From Novosphingobium sp. (GTDB lineage Bacteria; Pseudomonadota; Alphaproteobacteria; Sphingomonadales; Sphingomonadaceae), in NCBI GenBank assembly GCA_039928735.1, contig JBDSSP010000061.1:1-44586 (forward strand): a stretch of DNA of 44,586 nt. Reading direction: 5' to 3'. The translations under genes were made by a program, and so were the position numbers. Shown here piece by piece: positions 19,141 to 28,385 of this stretch (positions are counted from its first letter, which is position 1; each line of letters opens with the position of its first letter). The notes beneath the pieces were generated by a model. That model was not told where the DNA came from. It worked only from the letters and a program-made list of their open reading frames with translations, and searched no databases.

Positions 19141-21213
19141 ATGAATTATCGGATTGGCATCGACATCGGCGGAACCTTCACGGATTTCGCGCTTCTCAAG
19201 GGCAAGGAAGTCATTCTTCACAAGAGCCTGAGTACGCCGGAGGACCGTTCAATTGGGGTGATGAACGGACTTGGCCACCTCGCAGAGATCGAAGGACTGG
19301 CGCTGGGCGAATTCATGAGCAGGTGCGATGCGATTGTCCACGGGACGACGATCGCTGACAACACCCTAATCGAGATGAACGGCGCTCTGACTGGGCTGAT
19401 CACGACCGAGGGCTTTCGTGATGAGCTTGAGTACCGGCGCGGGTTCAAGGAGGACATCTGGGATGTCCGCCTTGCCCCGCCAAAGCAGATCACGCCTCGA
19501 CGAAGGCGGCTGACTGTACCCGAACGCGTGCTCGCCAACGGAACGGTATACAAACCGCTCGACGAAGACGCGTTGCGCGAGACGTGCCGACGACTGGTGA
19601 AGCAGAAGGTTGAATCCGTAGCGATCTCCTTCCTCTTCTCATTCACTAACTCCATACACGAAAAACGCGCCGCGGAGATCGTCGAAGAGGAAATGCCGGG
19701 CGTGCAAATATCCAAATCACATGAAGTCCTGCCTCGCGCGCCGGAATACGACCGGACCAGCACCACCGTAGTCAATGCTTACATTGCGCCCCGCGTGTAC
19801 TCATATCTTGAGAAGCTGGTAGCTCGGGTCACTGACGCCGGGTACCGCAACCAGCTAATGGTCATGCAGGCCAGCGGCGGACTTATGACCAAGGCCTATA
19901 TCGGGGGGGCACCAATCCGTGTCCTGGCCTCGGGCCCCGCGGGCGGAGTGATAGGCTCAGCGCATGTAGGCGTCGCCAAGGGCTATCGCGATATCTTGTG
20001 CGTCGATATGGGCGGGACTTCCTATGACATCTCAGTGGTGCAAAATGGCACCGCCCCTGCTGAAGCCGGATGGAGCATGCACCACCGATATCTCATCGGT
20101 GTACCGATGATCAAAGTCGAAACGCTGGGCGCGGGTGGCGGGTCGATTTGCCATGTTAACAACGGCGAGTTGCAGGTTGGACCGGCTTCGGCTGGCTCGG
20201 AGCCTGGGCCAATCTGCTATGGACGCGGAGGGACCCAGCCAACGATCACCGACGCACTGGTCATGCTTGGCATTCTCTCGACGGATTCTGGATTCGCAGG
20301 GGGCAGTTTCTCGCTAACCAGAGCCGGTGTCGATGAAGCGTTCAGCAAGCTAGGCGCCGAAATGGGCTATAGCGCTGAGGACGCGGCGTTTGATTGCTGG
20401 CGCGTCGTCAACGCCACTATGTCACAGGGTGTGCGGCGGATCACTGCGGGTAAAGGGATTGATCCCAAGGATGTTGTAATGCTGGCCTACGGCGGCAATG
20501 GACCAACCTTCGCGGCGATCCAGGCGGAAGATCTGGGGATCTCCAAAGTTTTGGTGCCGAAAGCATCGCCAACTTTCTCTGCACTCGGCACTCTGGTCGC
20601 CAACCCCAGCATGGACGAGGAGCGATCCTACCTTGTGCCGGCCGACAGGCTCGATCAGGCCATCCTGACCAAGCTGTGGTCGGAACTGGGCCGTAGAGCC
20701 GAAGTTTTCTTCACTGACGCCAGCTTCGGGCCCGGCGAGGTCACTGCAAAATACCAGATGAACATGCGTTACCCGGGGCAGAATTTCGCTCTGACCTTCG
20801 ACGTTGGGGTGAATCAGGGGCTCGACGATCTAACATTCATCGACGACGGTCTTGGCGCGCGCGCAATTGAATTGTTCAACGAACGTCATATTGCCGAATA
20901 TAGCCATATCCGCGAGCATGAGGTGCCGGAGATTACCGGTGTGCGACTTGCAACCCAGGTCGAGACGCCATCACCTGTAATCACCAGCGGCTTCACCGCG
21001 CCGAAAGCAGCCGCTCGTTCGGCCAAATCTCGTCGAGCTAACCTGGGCGAGGGTTACAAACCGACCGACATCTTTTTGGGAGCGAGCCTGAAGCCAGGGC
21101 ACGAAGTGGTGGGTCCCGCGATCATCCAAGAAAGCTTCACGACGATTGTCGTTTATCCAGGCTGGAAAGCACAAGTCGATGACGCTGGGGATTACGAGCT
21201 GAACCGGTTGTAG
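19141..21213 (+). CDS. Hydantoinase A/oxoprolinase-family protein (ATP-binding subunit)
   Basis: IGIDIGGTFTD, HGTT, SGPAGG, DMGGTS, GAGGGS, SAGSEPGPICYGRGG; real start ATG 19141. Confidence 0.93.
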   Translation: MNYRIGIDIGGTFTDFALLKGKEVILHKSLSTPEDRSIGVMNGLGHLAEIEGLALGEFMSRCDAIVHGTTIADNTLIEMNGALTGLITTEGFRDELEYRRGFKEDIWDVRLAPPKQITPRRRRLTVPERVLANGTVYKPLDEDALRETCRRLVKQKVESVAISFLFSFTNSIHEKRAAEIVEEEMPGVQISKSHEVLPRAPEYDRTSTTVVNAYIAPRVYSYLEKLVARVTDAGYRNQLMVMQASGGLMTKAYIGGAPIRVLASGPAGGVIGSAHVGVAKGYRDILCVDMGGTSYDISVVQNGTAPAEAGWSMHHRYLIGVPMIKVETLGAGGGSICHVNNGELQVGPASAGSEPGPICYGRGGTQPTITDALVMLGILSTDSGFAGGSFSLTRAGVDEAFSKLGAEMGYSAEDAAFDCWRVVNATMSQGVRRITAGKGIDPKDVVMLAYGGNGPTFAAIQAEDLGISKVLVPKASPTFSALGTLVANPSMDEERSYLVPADRLDQAILTKLWSELGRRAEVFFTDASFGPGEVTAKYQMNMRYPGQNFALTFDVGVNQGLDDLTFIDDGLGARAIELFNERHIAEYSHIREHEVPEITGVRLATQVETPSPVITSGFTAPKAAARSAKSRRANLGEGYKPTDIFLGASLKPGHEVVGPAIIQESFTTIVVYPGWKAQVDDAGDYELNRL

Positions 21214-21386
21214 ATCAGCCAACGAACGATTGGCGGCGTCGTTTATTCCACGATGCGGCGTTGGTCTTGTCGTCACTTGCAGTCGCAATAGTCTAAACTC
21301 GCATCGCCAAGCCAACTTGTCGCAATAGCATCGTGGCGGGAGGAAAGAGCGTCTAGATGCTGCTCAGCAAGGAGCGGGGAACGAGG

Positions 21387-23111
21387 ATGATTGAGACGCA
21401 TGACGTGATTGTCGTCGGGTCCGGTGCAGCCGGAATGACCGCAGCGTTGCGAGCCCGCGATCAAGGACTCGATGTATTGATCATCGACAAAGCACATAAG
21501 ATCGGCGGCACTTCAGCTACTTCAGGCGGCGTTGCCTGGATTCCCAACAATGGGCTCAATGGTAGCTCTGACACGCGTGAAGAGACACTGGCTTATCTCG
21601 ACTCTGTTATCCGGCAGTCTGTTAACCGTGAAAGGCTCGAGGCTTATGTCGATACCGGACGCGAGATGCTGGCCTTTCTGGCAGCGCTGGGCATCAGGAT
21701 GATTCCGATGCCCTGGCCTGATTATTTCGCCGAGTTGCCCGGAGCGCGTTCGGACCGTGCCTTGATCACCGCTATGTGGGACGGACGCAAGCTCGGTGAC
21801 AAGTTCCCATTGTTGCGCGAGCAGTTCACCCGCTTCAAGATGTTCAACCGCTATTCAATGAACCTCGAAGAGACCTTCACCATCGCTGCACGCACGAGAG
21901 GGTGGAAACGCACGCTCGCCAAGGTCGTCGGCCGTTACTGGATGGACTTTGGCACGCGCATGATCGGCAAGCGCGATCGCCTGTTCACTTCAGGTGCCTC
22001 CCTGACCGGCCAGTTGCTCGATCAACTGATCGCAAAAAGAGTCGAAATCCGCCTCGAAACCGGGCTTGAGGAACTGTTGGTCGATAACGGCAAGGTTATT
22101 GGTATTGCTGCCAGTGGTGTCCGACCGCGGCATGACATCGCGGCTCGGCATGGGGTGATACTCTGCGCGGGCGGCTTTGAATGGAACCAGACTTTGCGCG
22201 ATCGCTTCTTTCCGGTGAAGACTTCTATCTGGTGGAGCGGCACACCACGGGGAGGCAACCAGGGCGACGCGCTGATCGCTGCCGAAGCTATCGGTGCCGC
22301 GACCGAACATACCGACGAGGGTTGGTGGATCCCAACGATGATCATGCCCAGCCGCAGCGCCTCAAATTTCGACGAAGTGCACCTTGCAAACTTCGACGTC
22401 GGTAAACCGCACAGCGTTTGCATCAATCGCAAAGGTGATCGTTTCGTAAACGAAGCCTGTGCTTATGATCGGTTCGGCGTTGCGATGATAGAGGACCAGA
22501 AACGGACTGGCGCCAATACGCCCTGCTGGCTGGTATTCGACGCGGAATTTCGCACCAAGTTCACGGCTGGCGGTTTCCTGCCCACCGCAGTGATGCCAGA
22601 CCGGTCGATCCCGGTCGACTGGTGGGGTCACTACATCTTCAAAGCGGATAATATTGCGGACTTGGCCATCCAACTAGGTCTCGATCCAACCAAGCTTGAG
22701 CAGGTGGTGCTCCGCATGAACGCCTATGCCGAGCGCGGGGAAGATCCGGAGTTCGGACGTGGCAGCACGATCTATGACAAGGCGTTTGGCGATCCAGCCA
22801 ACAAACCCAATCCGGCACTGGGTCCAATTTCCAGGCCCCCTTATTACGCCATCCCCATTCAGTTGGGCGATTTGGGCACAAAGGGAGGTCTCAAGGCTGA
22901 CCACAAGGCACGCATCATCGGCATCGATGGCCACCCGATTTTGGGATTATACGGCGCGGGGAATGCCGTGGGCAGTCCGTTTGGGCCAAATTATCCAGGC
23001 GCGGGCGGCACAATCGGACCTGCGATGGTCTTCGGCTACATTGCTGGCAGCGACATTGCCGCATGTGCCACCAACGTTGACCCGGGAATGCGCAAGGCAA
23101 TCAAAGCCTGA
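21387..23111 (+). CDS. FAD-dependent oxidoreductase, 3-ketosteroid-delta1-dehydrogenase (KstD)-like
   Basis: VVGSGAAG, GGTSATSGGVAWIPNN, GGFEWN, RFVNE, LGTKGGL, YPGAGGTIG motifs. Confidence 0.85.
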   Translation: MIETHDVIVVGSGAAGMTAALRARDQGLDVLIIDKAHKIGGTSATSGGVAWIPNNGLNGSSDTREETLAYLDSVIRQSVNRERLEAYVDTGREMLAFLAALGIRMIPMPWPDYFAELPGARSDRALITAMWDGRKLGDKFPLLREQFTRFKMFNRYSMNLEETFTIAARTRGWKRTLAKVVGRYWMDFGTRMIGKRDRLFTSGASLTGQLLDQLIAKRVEIRLETGLEELLVDNGKVIGIAASGVRPRHDIAARHGVILCAGGFEWNQTLRDRFFPVKTSIWWSGTPRGGNQGDALIAAEAIGAATEHTDEGWWIPTMIMPSRSASNFDEVHLANFDVGKPHSVCINRKGDRFVNEACAYDRFGVAMIEDQKRTGANTPCWLVFDAEFRTKFTAGGFLPTAVMPDRSIPVDWWGHYIFKADNIADLAIQLGLDPTKLEQVVLRMNAYAERGEDPEFGRGSTIYDKAFGDPANKPNPALGPISRPPYYAIPIQLGDLGTKGGLKADHKARIIGIDGHPILGLYGAGNAVGSPFGPNYPGAGGTIGPAMVFGYIAGSDIAACATNVDPGMRKAIKA

Positions 23112-23143
23112 GGCGAAGTACATACGGTGATAGGAGCAAAGCA

Positions 23144-24109
23144 TTGACTGAAGACACGGCCCAGCCCGATCCGGAAGAGATCATTCTCTATGAGAAGGAT
23201 CCAGCGACCCGGATCGCGACAATCACTCTGAACCGCCCCGACGCTCTAAATGCGCCCACGATTGCGGCAAGGCTGCGATATGCCGATTGTGTGAATCGTG
23301 CGAATATTGATGAGGACGTAAAAGTCTTGGTTATCCGCGGCGTCGGCAACAATCTTGGCGGCGGCGCCGATCTGCCCGAGCAAGAAGACATGCTCATGAA
23401 AGGCGAGCATTCGCTCCTTCATGAATTCAGGATGAGCGAAGCGGATGGCGTCAAGTATCCGCCCAAAGACACTTATCGGTATCATTCGCAGCTGGTGCAG
23501 CTTTACGCCAATTCCAACTTCGGCTGCCGGAGCCTTCAGGAGTTTAAAAAGATAAGCATCCTGGAAGTCAAAGGCTACTGCTATGGTTGGCACTTCTATC
23601 AAGCAGCAGATGCCGATATCATCGTTTCTTCGGACGATGCACTCTATGGCCATCCGTCGTTCCGCTACGTTGGCTGGGGCCCGCGCATGTGGCAGTGGGC
23701 GACGACGATGGGAGTGCGCAAGTTTCAGGAGATGGTATTCACTGGTCGGCCATTTACCGCACAGGAGATGTACGATTGCAACTTCCTCAACAAAGTCGTG
23801 CCACGCGATCAGCTGGAGACGGAGGTTGCCAAATACGCAGCAGCTTGTGCCCAGACGAGGCCGACTGACATCGTCCATATGCAAAAGGTCTTCTTCGAAA
23901 TCTTCAAGCAGCACCAGGGTGAGTATATGGGCAGCATACTGACGGCCTGGCTGGAATCCATGGCGCCCCTGGCGCGAAACGACGGAAGCGAACTTGTGCT
24001 CGATCAGGAGACGTTCGACAAAGGGCTGAACAATGCCGTTAAGGACAACGATAGCCTGTTTCCGCCAGATTGGCGGCTGAGTAAGTCCGGACGTCGTGCG
24101 TCGGAATAG
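23144..24109 (+). CDS. Enoyl-CoA hydratase/isomerase (crotonase) superfamily protein, atypical active site
   Basis: IATITLNRPDALNA, GGGADL, VKGYCYG; TTG start with RBS AGGAG. Confidence 0.88.
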   Translation: MTEDTAQPDPEEIILYEKDPATRIATITLNRPDALNAPTIAARLRYADCVNRANIDEDVKVLVIRGVGNNLGGGADLPEQEDMLMKGEHSLLHEFRMSEADGVKYPPKDTYRYHSQLVQLYANSNFGCRSLQEFKKISILEVKGYCYGWHFYQAADADIIVSSDDALYGHPSFRYVGWGPRMWQWATTMGVRKFQEMVFTGRPFTAQEMYDCNFLNKVVPRDQLETEVAKYAAACAQTRPTDIVHMQKVFFEIFKQHQGEYMGSILTAWLESMAPLARNDGSELVLDQETFDKGLNNAVKDNDSLFPPDWRLSKSGRRASE

Positions 24110-24274
24110 ACAGACCAACTTCATTTAATCTAACAAGGAGCGCCGACTTCCTCTGAATTTTCGTGAAATGGGCGAGGTCGGCAGCGCCACATCGTGTTAC
24201 ATTGGAACCATGGCGCACGTGGGCCAGCAAAATGGCTCGTCACCAGCGTTGATCGCGCGAGGAGCTTGAGACAT

Positions 24275-24391
24275 CGGGTACAGCGTCTCGCAATGCCGGA
24301 TGTCCATCGGCCCCGGCGAGCCGAATGTCATTCTAAAGCGGCACAGCCGCGCATGCACGTGCACCGCGAAATGATGAATGCCACGGATCTT
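24275..24391 (-). pseudogene. Probable VOC/glyoxalase-family gene remnant with internal deletion
   Basis: AAGGAGG RBS (24407-24401), then AAG in place of ATG, IRGIHHFAVHV joined directly to ARLCRFRMTFGSPGPMDIRHCETLY. Confidence 0.45.
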
Positions 24392-24580
24392 CGACTGGTC
24401 CCTCCTTGTACTCGTTTGCGCCTTTTGTTCCAAAGACTGACACATCCAAAAGGAGAAATCGGAAGCTGCGCAAATGTGGACAAGCTGGGCTGCATGTCCG
24501 GGCATTCGGCCTACACCGTCTTGGCGTCTATTCTTCACCGACCCGCCATTACGCGGATCTTTGGATGAGGGACCGGCACT

Positions 24581-25855
24581 ATGAGCAAAACGCTGATCGC
24601 GGGTGCGACGATCTGGACCGCAGCTGGTGAAACTGCCTTTGTTGGCGACATCCTGATCAAGGGCAATCGCATCAGTTCCATATCGCGCGATCCTGGCCAG
24701 CTTTCGCATGATGGCTGTAATGTGATTGACGGGACTGGTGCGACTTTGATCCCCGGCATGACCGAGGGCCATACACACCTCTCGTTTGAAAATGTCACCG
24801 GCCCGGAAAGCCTGATCACACCCCCGCCGGAGGAACAGGTGTTCGCCGCAGCCCGCAGCGCGAAGGCGCTTCTCGACGCGGGGTTCACCAGTGCCTACGG
24901 TGCGTCCGAAGCCAAGCTGCGCCTCGGCGTTGCCGTGCGCAATGAGGTCAATGCCGGTCGCCTTCCAGGCCCCCGCATCCGGGCCGGCAGCGTAGAGATT
25001 AGCGTGACCGGTGCCATGGGCGATGAATCGCGTGAGCACAATCTTCGCAACAGCCCGTCTATCATCGTCGATGGCGTCGAAGAAATGCGTAAGGCCGTGC
25101 GCCTTTGCTGCCGCGAAGGCTGTGACAACATCAAAATCGATGTCTCGGGTGATCCGTTTTATCCAAATGCACCGAGCCACGCGACCCCGATGACCTTTGA
25201 TGAAGTTCGCGTTGCGGTCGAAACTGCTCATGCGTTCGGGCGCAAAGTGAATGCGCACACCCGATCGATCGAAGGATCGAAATTCTGCGTCCGCGCCGGC
25301 GTCGATGGTCTGCTTCACTGCGAATATTCGGACGAGGAGCTACTCGACATGATTGAGGAGGCGAAGGACCGCATCTTCGTCGCGCCGACAGTCAGTCTCT
25401 GGCACGACGTCATTACGGGGGCCGCTTCCGGTGCCGGACTGACGCCCGAGGTCGGGACGCTAATGGGCGTCCCGCCGGTCCATGAAGCCGGAATTAAGAC
25501 CCACACCGAATTGCGCAAGCGCGGCATCCGACACTTGATCGGCGGCGACTATGGCGTTGCCTGGAGTCCGAATGGAAGCAACGCTCGAGACATCCAGTTT
25601 TTCGTCGATTACTACGGCTATACCCCCGAGGCCGCGCTCGTCTGTGCGACGCGAAACGGAGGCCTCGCGATGCAAGACGACGGCTTGCTTGGGACGATAG
25701 CCGAAGGCTCGTTGGCCGACTTGCTGCTGATCGATGGAAATCCGCTCAACGACGCCTCGATCATGGCTGACCACGACCGGATCGTGCTGATCATGAAGGA
25801 TGGCCAACTGCACAAGAACAAGGTGTCGACGTTGTCTCGCCGTGCCGCAGCCTGA
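24581..25855 (+). CDS. Metal-dependent amidohydrolase (prolidase-like subgroup)
   Basis: LIPGMTEGHTH, IKI, VNAH, LLH, GGDYG, GTIAEGSLADLLLIDGNPL. Confidence 0.92.
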   Translation: MSKTLIAGATIWTAAGETAFVGDILIKGNRISSISRDPGQLSHDGCNVIDGTGATLIPGMTEGHTHLSFENVTGPESLITPPPEEQVFAAARSAKALLDAGFTSAYGASEAKLRLGVAVRNEVNAGRLPGPRIRAGSVEISVTGAMGDESREHNLRNSPSIIVDGVEEMRKAVRLCCREGCDNIKIDVSGDPFYPNAPSHATPMTFDEVRVAVETAHAFGRKVNAHTRSIEGSKFCVRAGVDGLLHCEYSDEELLDMIEEAKDRIFVAPTVSLWHDVITGAASGAGLTPEVGTLMGVPPVHEAGIKTHTELRKRGIRHLIGGDYGVAWSPNGSNARDIQFFVDYYGYTPEAALVCATRNGGLAMQDDGLLGTIAEGSLADLLLIDGNPLNDASIMADHDRIVLIMKDGQLHKNKVSTLSRRAAA

Positions 25856-25880
25856 TCTGAATAAGACAATTGGAGAAACG

Positions 25881-27311
25881 ATGATGAATGTCGATACCGG
25901 CAAGTTGCGGCGAGGCGAAGCACGTTGCCCTTCGATCAGCACCCAGGAAATCATAGCGCGGGACAAGGTCAAAGCCCCCGAATGGGTCCGTTCAACTTCT
26001 TACACTTTTCTCGGCGATGAAGACATTTCCACAGAAAGATACATCGACCCTGAATTTGCAAAATCCGAATATGAACGTCTGTGGACCCGTACTTGGCAGT
26101 TCGCATGCCGGGAGGAACATATACCCGAGATCGGCGATTACTATGTCTACGACATCGGCGTGCACTCTTTCATTGTCACTCGCATCTCTGGCGACGAGGT
26201 GCGTGCATATTATAATTCTTGCCTCCATCGTGGCACCAAGCTTCGTCCCTCTGGAACGTATGGCGGGGCATCCGAATTCAAATGCATGTTCCACGGCTGG
26301 AGTTGGAACGTCGATGGCACCAACAAAGAAATTCTGTGCCCGTGGGACTTTCCGCACATCGATCAGTCGAAACTGACCTTGCCGCAAGTCAGAGTCGAAC
26401 TGCTCGGTGGTTTCGTGTGGATCAACATGGATCCGAATGCCCCGACGCTCATCGAATATTTAGGACCAGAGGCGGTCGATCATATACTCGCCTGGAAACT
26501 CGAAGACCGCTACGTGTCGTCGCACGTGGTCAAGTCCTATCCGGCTAACTGGAAGTTGGTGATCGAGGCCTTCATGGAGGCATACCATGTCCCGCAGACA
26601 CATCCGCAGGTTTGCCCTGCCAACGGCGATCTCAACTCGCAATATGATGTCTACAGCGACCATGTCGATCGCTTCATCGCACCGCAAGGCGTTGAGAGCC
26701 CCTTTTACGCTGGCACTCTAACGGAGCAAGAGCTCCTCGATCGGTGCACGCTTGGCGATAGCAGCGTTGTCGGCGATCGACCGTTAGTTCCAGACGGTGG
26801 CACCGCGCGTCAGCTAATGGCGGACATGTACCGCGTAATGTTCGAAGCCGCGACCAACACTGACCTTAGCGAAGCGTCGGATTCAGAAATCATCGACTGC
26901 TTTTCATACACGGTCTTTCCCAACACCTTCCTGTTCCCGGGTATCTCACTGCCGATGGTCTATCGTTTCCGCCCCAACCCGCGGGACCACCGTGAGACTC
27001 AGTTCGAGGTCTTTTTCTTGCGGCCAGTGCCCAAAACTGGCGAGCGCCCGGAGCCAGCCGAACCGGAATATCTTACCAAGGAACAGTCGTTCACAGAATC
27101 TCGGGCTATGGATCCGGGCTTTGGCCGGATCATGGATCAGGACACTGATAATTTGTTCATGCAGCAGGATGGCATTGAAACCAGCGCAAAACGCGGCTTG
27201 ACCCTCGGTAACTATCAGGAAATCCGCATTCGTAACTTCGAACAGACTGTCGACAAGTATATGGCGATGGCGCCGCTTAAGCGAGACGAGCGACCGGGCA
27301 GGCCCACCTAA
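25881..27311 (+). CDS. Rieske non-heme iron oxygenase alpha subunit
   Basis: CLHRG...CMFHGW Rieske site; NWK...EAYHVPQTH and MDQD mononuclear iron ligands; RBS GGAG before ATG 25881. Confidence 0.94.
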   Translation: MMNVDTGKLRRGEARCPSISTQEIIARDKVKAPEWVRSTSYTFLGDEDISTERYIDPEFAKSEYERLWTRTWQFACREEHIPEIGDYYVYDIGVHSFIVTRISGDEVRAYYNSCLHRGTKLRPSGTYGGASEFKCMFHGWSWNVDGTNKEILCPWDFPHIDQSKLTLPQVRVELLGGFVWINMDPNAPTLIEYLGPEAVDHILAWKLEDRYVSSHVVKSYPANWKLVIEAFMEAYHVPQTHPQVCPANGDLNSQYDVYSDHVDRFIAPQGVESPFYAGTLTEQELLDRCTLGDSSVVGDRPLVPDGGTARQLMADMYRVMFEAATNTDLSEASDSEIIDCFSYTVFPNTFLFPGISLPMVYRFRPNPRDHRETQFEVFFLRPVPKTGERPEPAEPEYLTKEQSFTESRAMDPGFGRIMDQDTDNLFMQQDGIETSAKRGLTLGNYQEIRIRNFEQTVDKYMAMAPLKRDERPGRPT

Positions 27312-27313
27312 GG

Positions 27314-28303
27314 ATGTCACTCCCAAGCGAAATCCGCAGCCGTCTGACCCTGCCGGCCTTCGCTGCGCCCATGTTCCTTTGCAGTGGGCCAGAGTTGGCG
27401 ATCGCATGTTGCAAAGCGGGTATCATCGGCTCGCTCACTCGAAATCACTGCCGGGACCTTGAGGAGCTTGTGGCGCAGCTCGCCAAAGTTACGGATGCGC
27501 TTGCGCGCTTCGCGGATCGTTATCCCGATCGCGCCAACGGCCCCCTCGCAGTGAACATTTCACCGACTTTCAGCCAGCACGATTTTCGGACCCATCTCGC
27601 AGCTTGCCGCAGTGCTGGCGTCAAGATCATTGTGACTTCTGTAGGCGACCCAACTCAGAACGCACCATTGGTGCGTGAATACGGCATGCTGCACTTTCAC
27701 GATGCGACCACAATCCGTTTCGCCGAAAAGGCCGCAACAGCAAATGTAGATGGCATTGTGTGCATCGGGTCTGGCGGAGGCGGTCATGCAGGCACCATAA
27801 GTCACCTGGCCTTCATCCCCTTGGTTCGCGAAATGTTTGATGGCACTGTCGTCATGGCCGGGGGCGTTTCAACCGGCGCTGCCATTCGCGCCGGTGAGGT
27901 CCTTGGCGCCGATCTAGCCTATGTCGGCACCCGGATGATTGCTACCGAGGAGTCTGCTGCGCCCGACGACTACAAGCGAATGATTGTCGAAGCTGGCGTT
28001 AATGACGTGACCTATACCCGCGGTGTCAACGGGCTGCCGGCTAGCTGGCTAAAGGCGTCGTTGCAGGAAAACGGACTCGACCCGGAGAGCCTCTTTATTC
28101 CCGAAGGGCGGAGCACCGACCATCTGCCAATGGGCAAAACACCATGGCGTGACATCTGGAGCGGCGGCCAAGGCGTCGGCCTGATCAACGACGTTCCAAC
28201 CGTTGCAACCCTAGTCCGCCGCTTACAGGAGGAATACGACGAGGCGTGCCGTTTGCCCCGCATGTCAGGCACCAAAGTCGCGGTCCTGGAGCAAAGGCAG
28301 TGA
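27314..28303 (+). CDS. Nitronate monooxygenase/FabK-like FMN-dependent oxidoreductase
   Basis: AAPMF, GGGGHAG, MAGGVSTG, YVGTRMIATEES, WSGGQGVG. Confidence 0.9.
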   Translation: MSLPSEIRSRLTLPAFAAPMFLCSGPELAIACCKAGIIGSLTRNHCRDLEELVAQLAKVTDALARFADRYPDRANGPLAVNISPTFSQHDFRTHLAACRSAGVKIIVTSVGDPTQNAPLVREYGMLHFHDATTIRFAEKAATANVDGIVCIGSGGGGHAGTISHLAFIPLVREMFDGTVVMAGGVSTGAAIRAGEVLGADLAYVGTRMIATEESAAPDDYKRMIVEAGVNDVTYTRGVNGLPASWLKASLQENGLDPESLFIPEGRSTDHLPMGKTPWRDIWSGGQGVGLINDVPTVATLVRRLQEEYDEACRLPRMSGTKVAVLEQRQ

Positions 28304-28385
28304 GCCAGAAACGTGTTCTCCGCCACGATACCGGTTGGCGTTCCGGCCCCTATCACATCGACAAGAACATCTGAGGAGAGACACA

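Noticed and set aside
24197-25318. 373 aa minus-strand ORF
   Set aside because: Mostly antisense to the amidohydrolase; only the stretch at 24391-24275 carries the VOC-like remnant.
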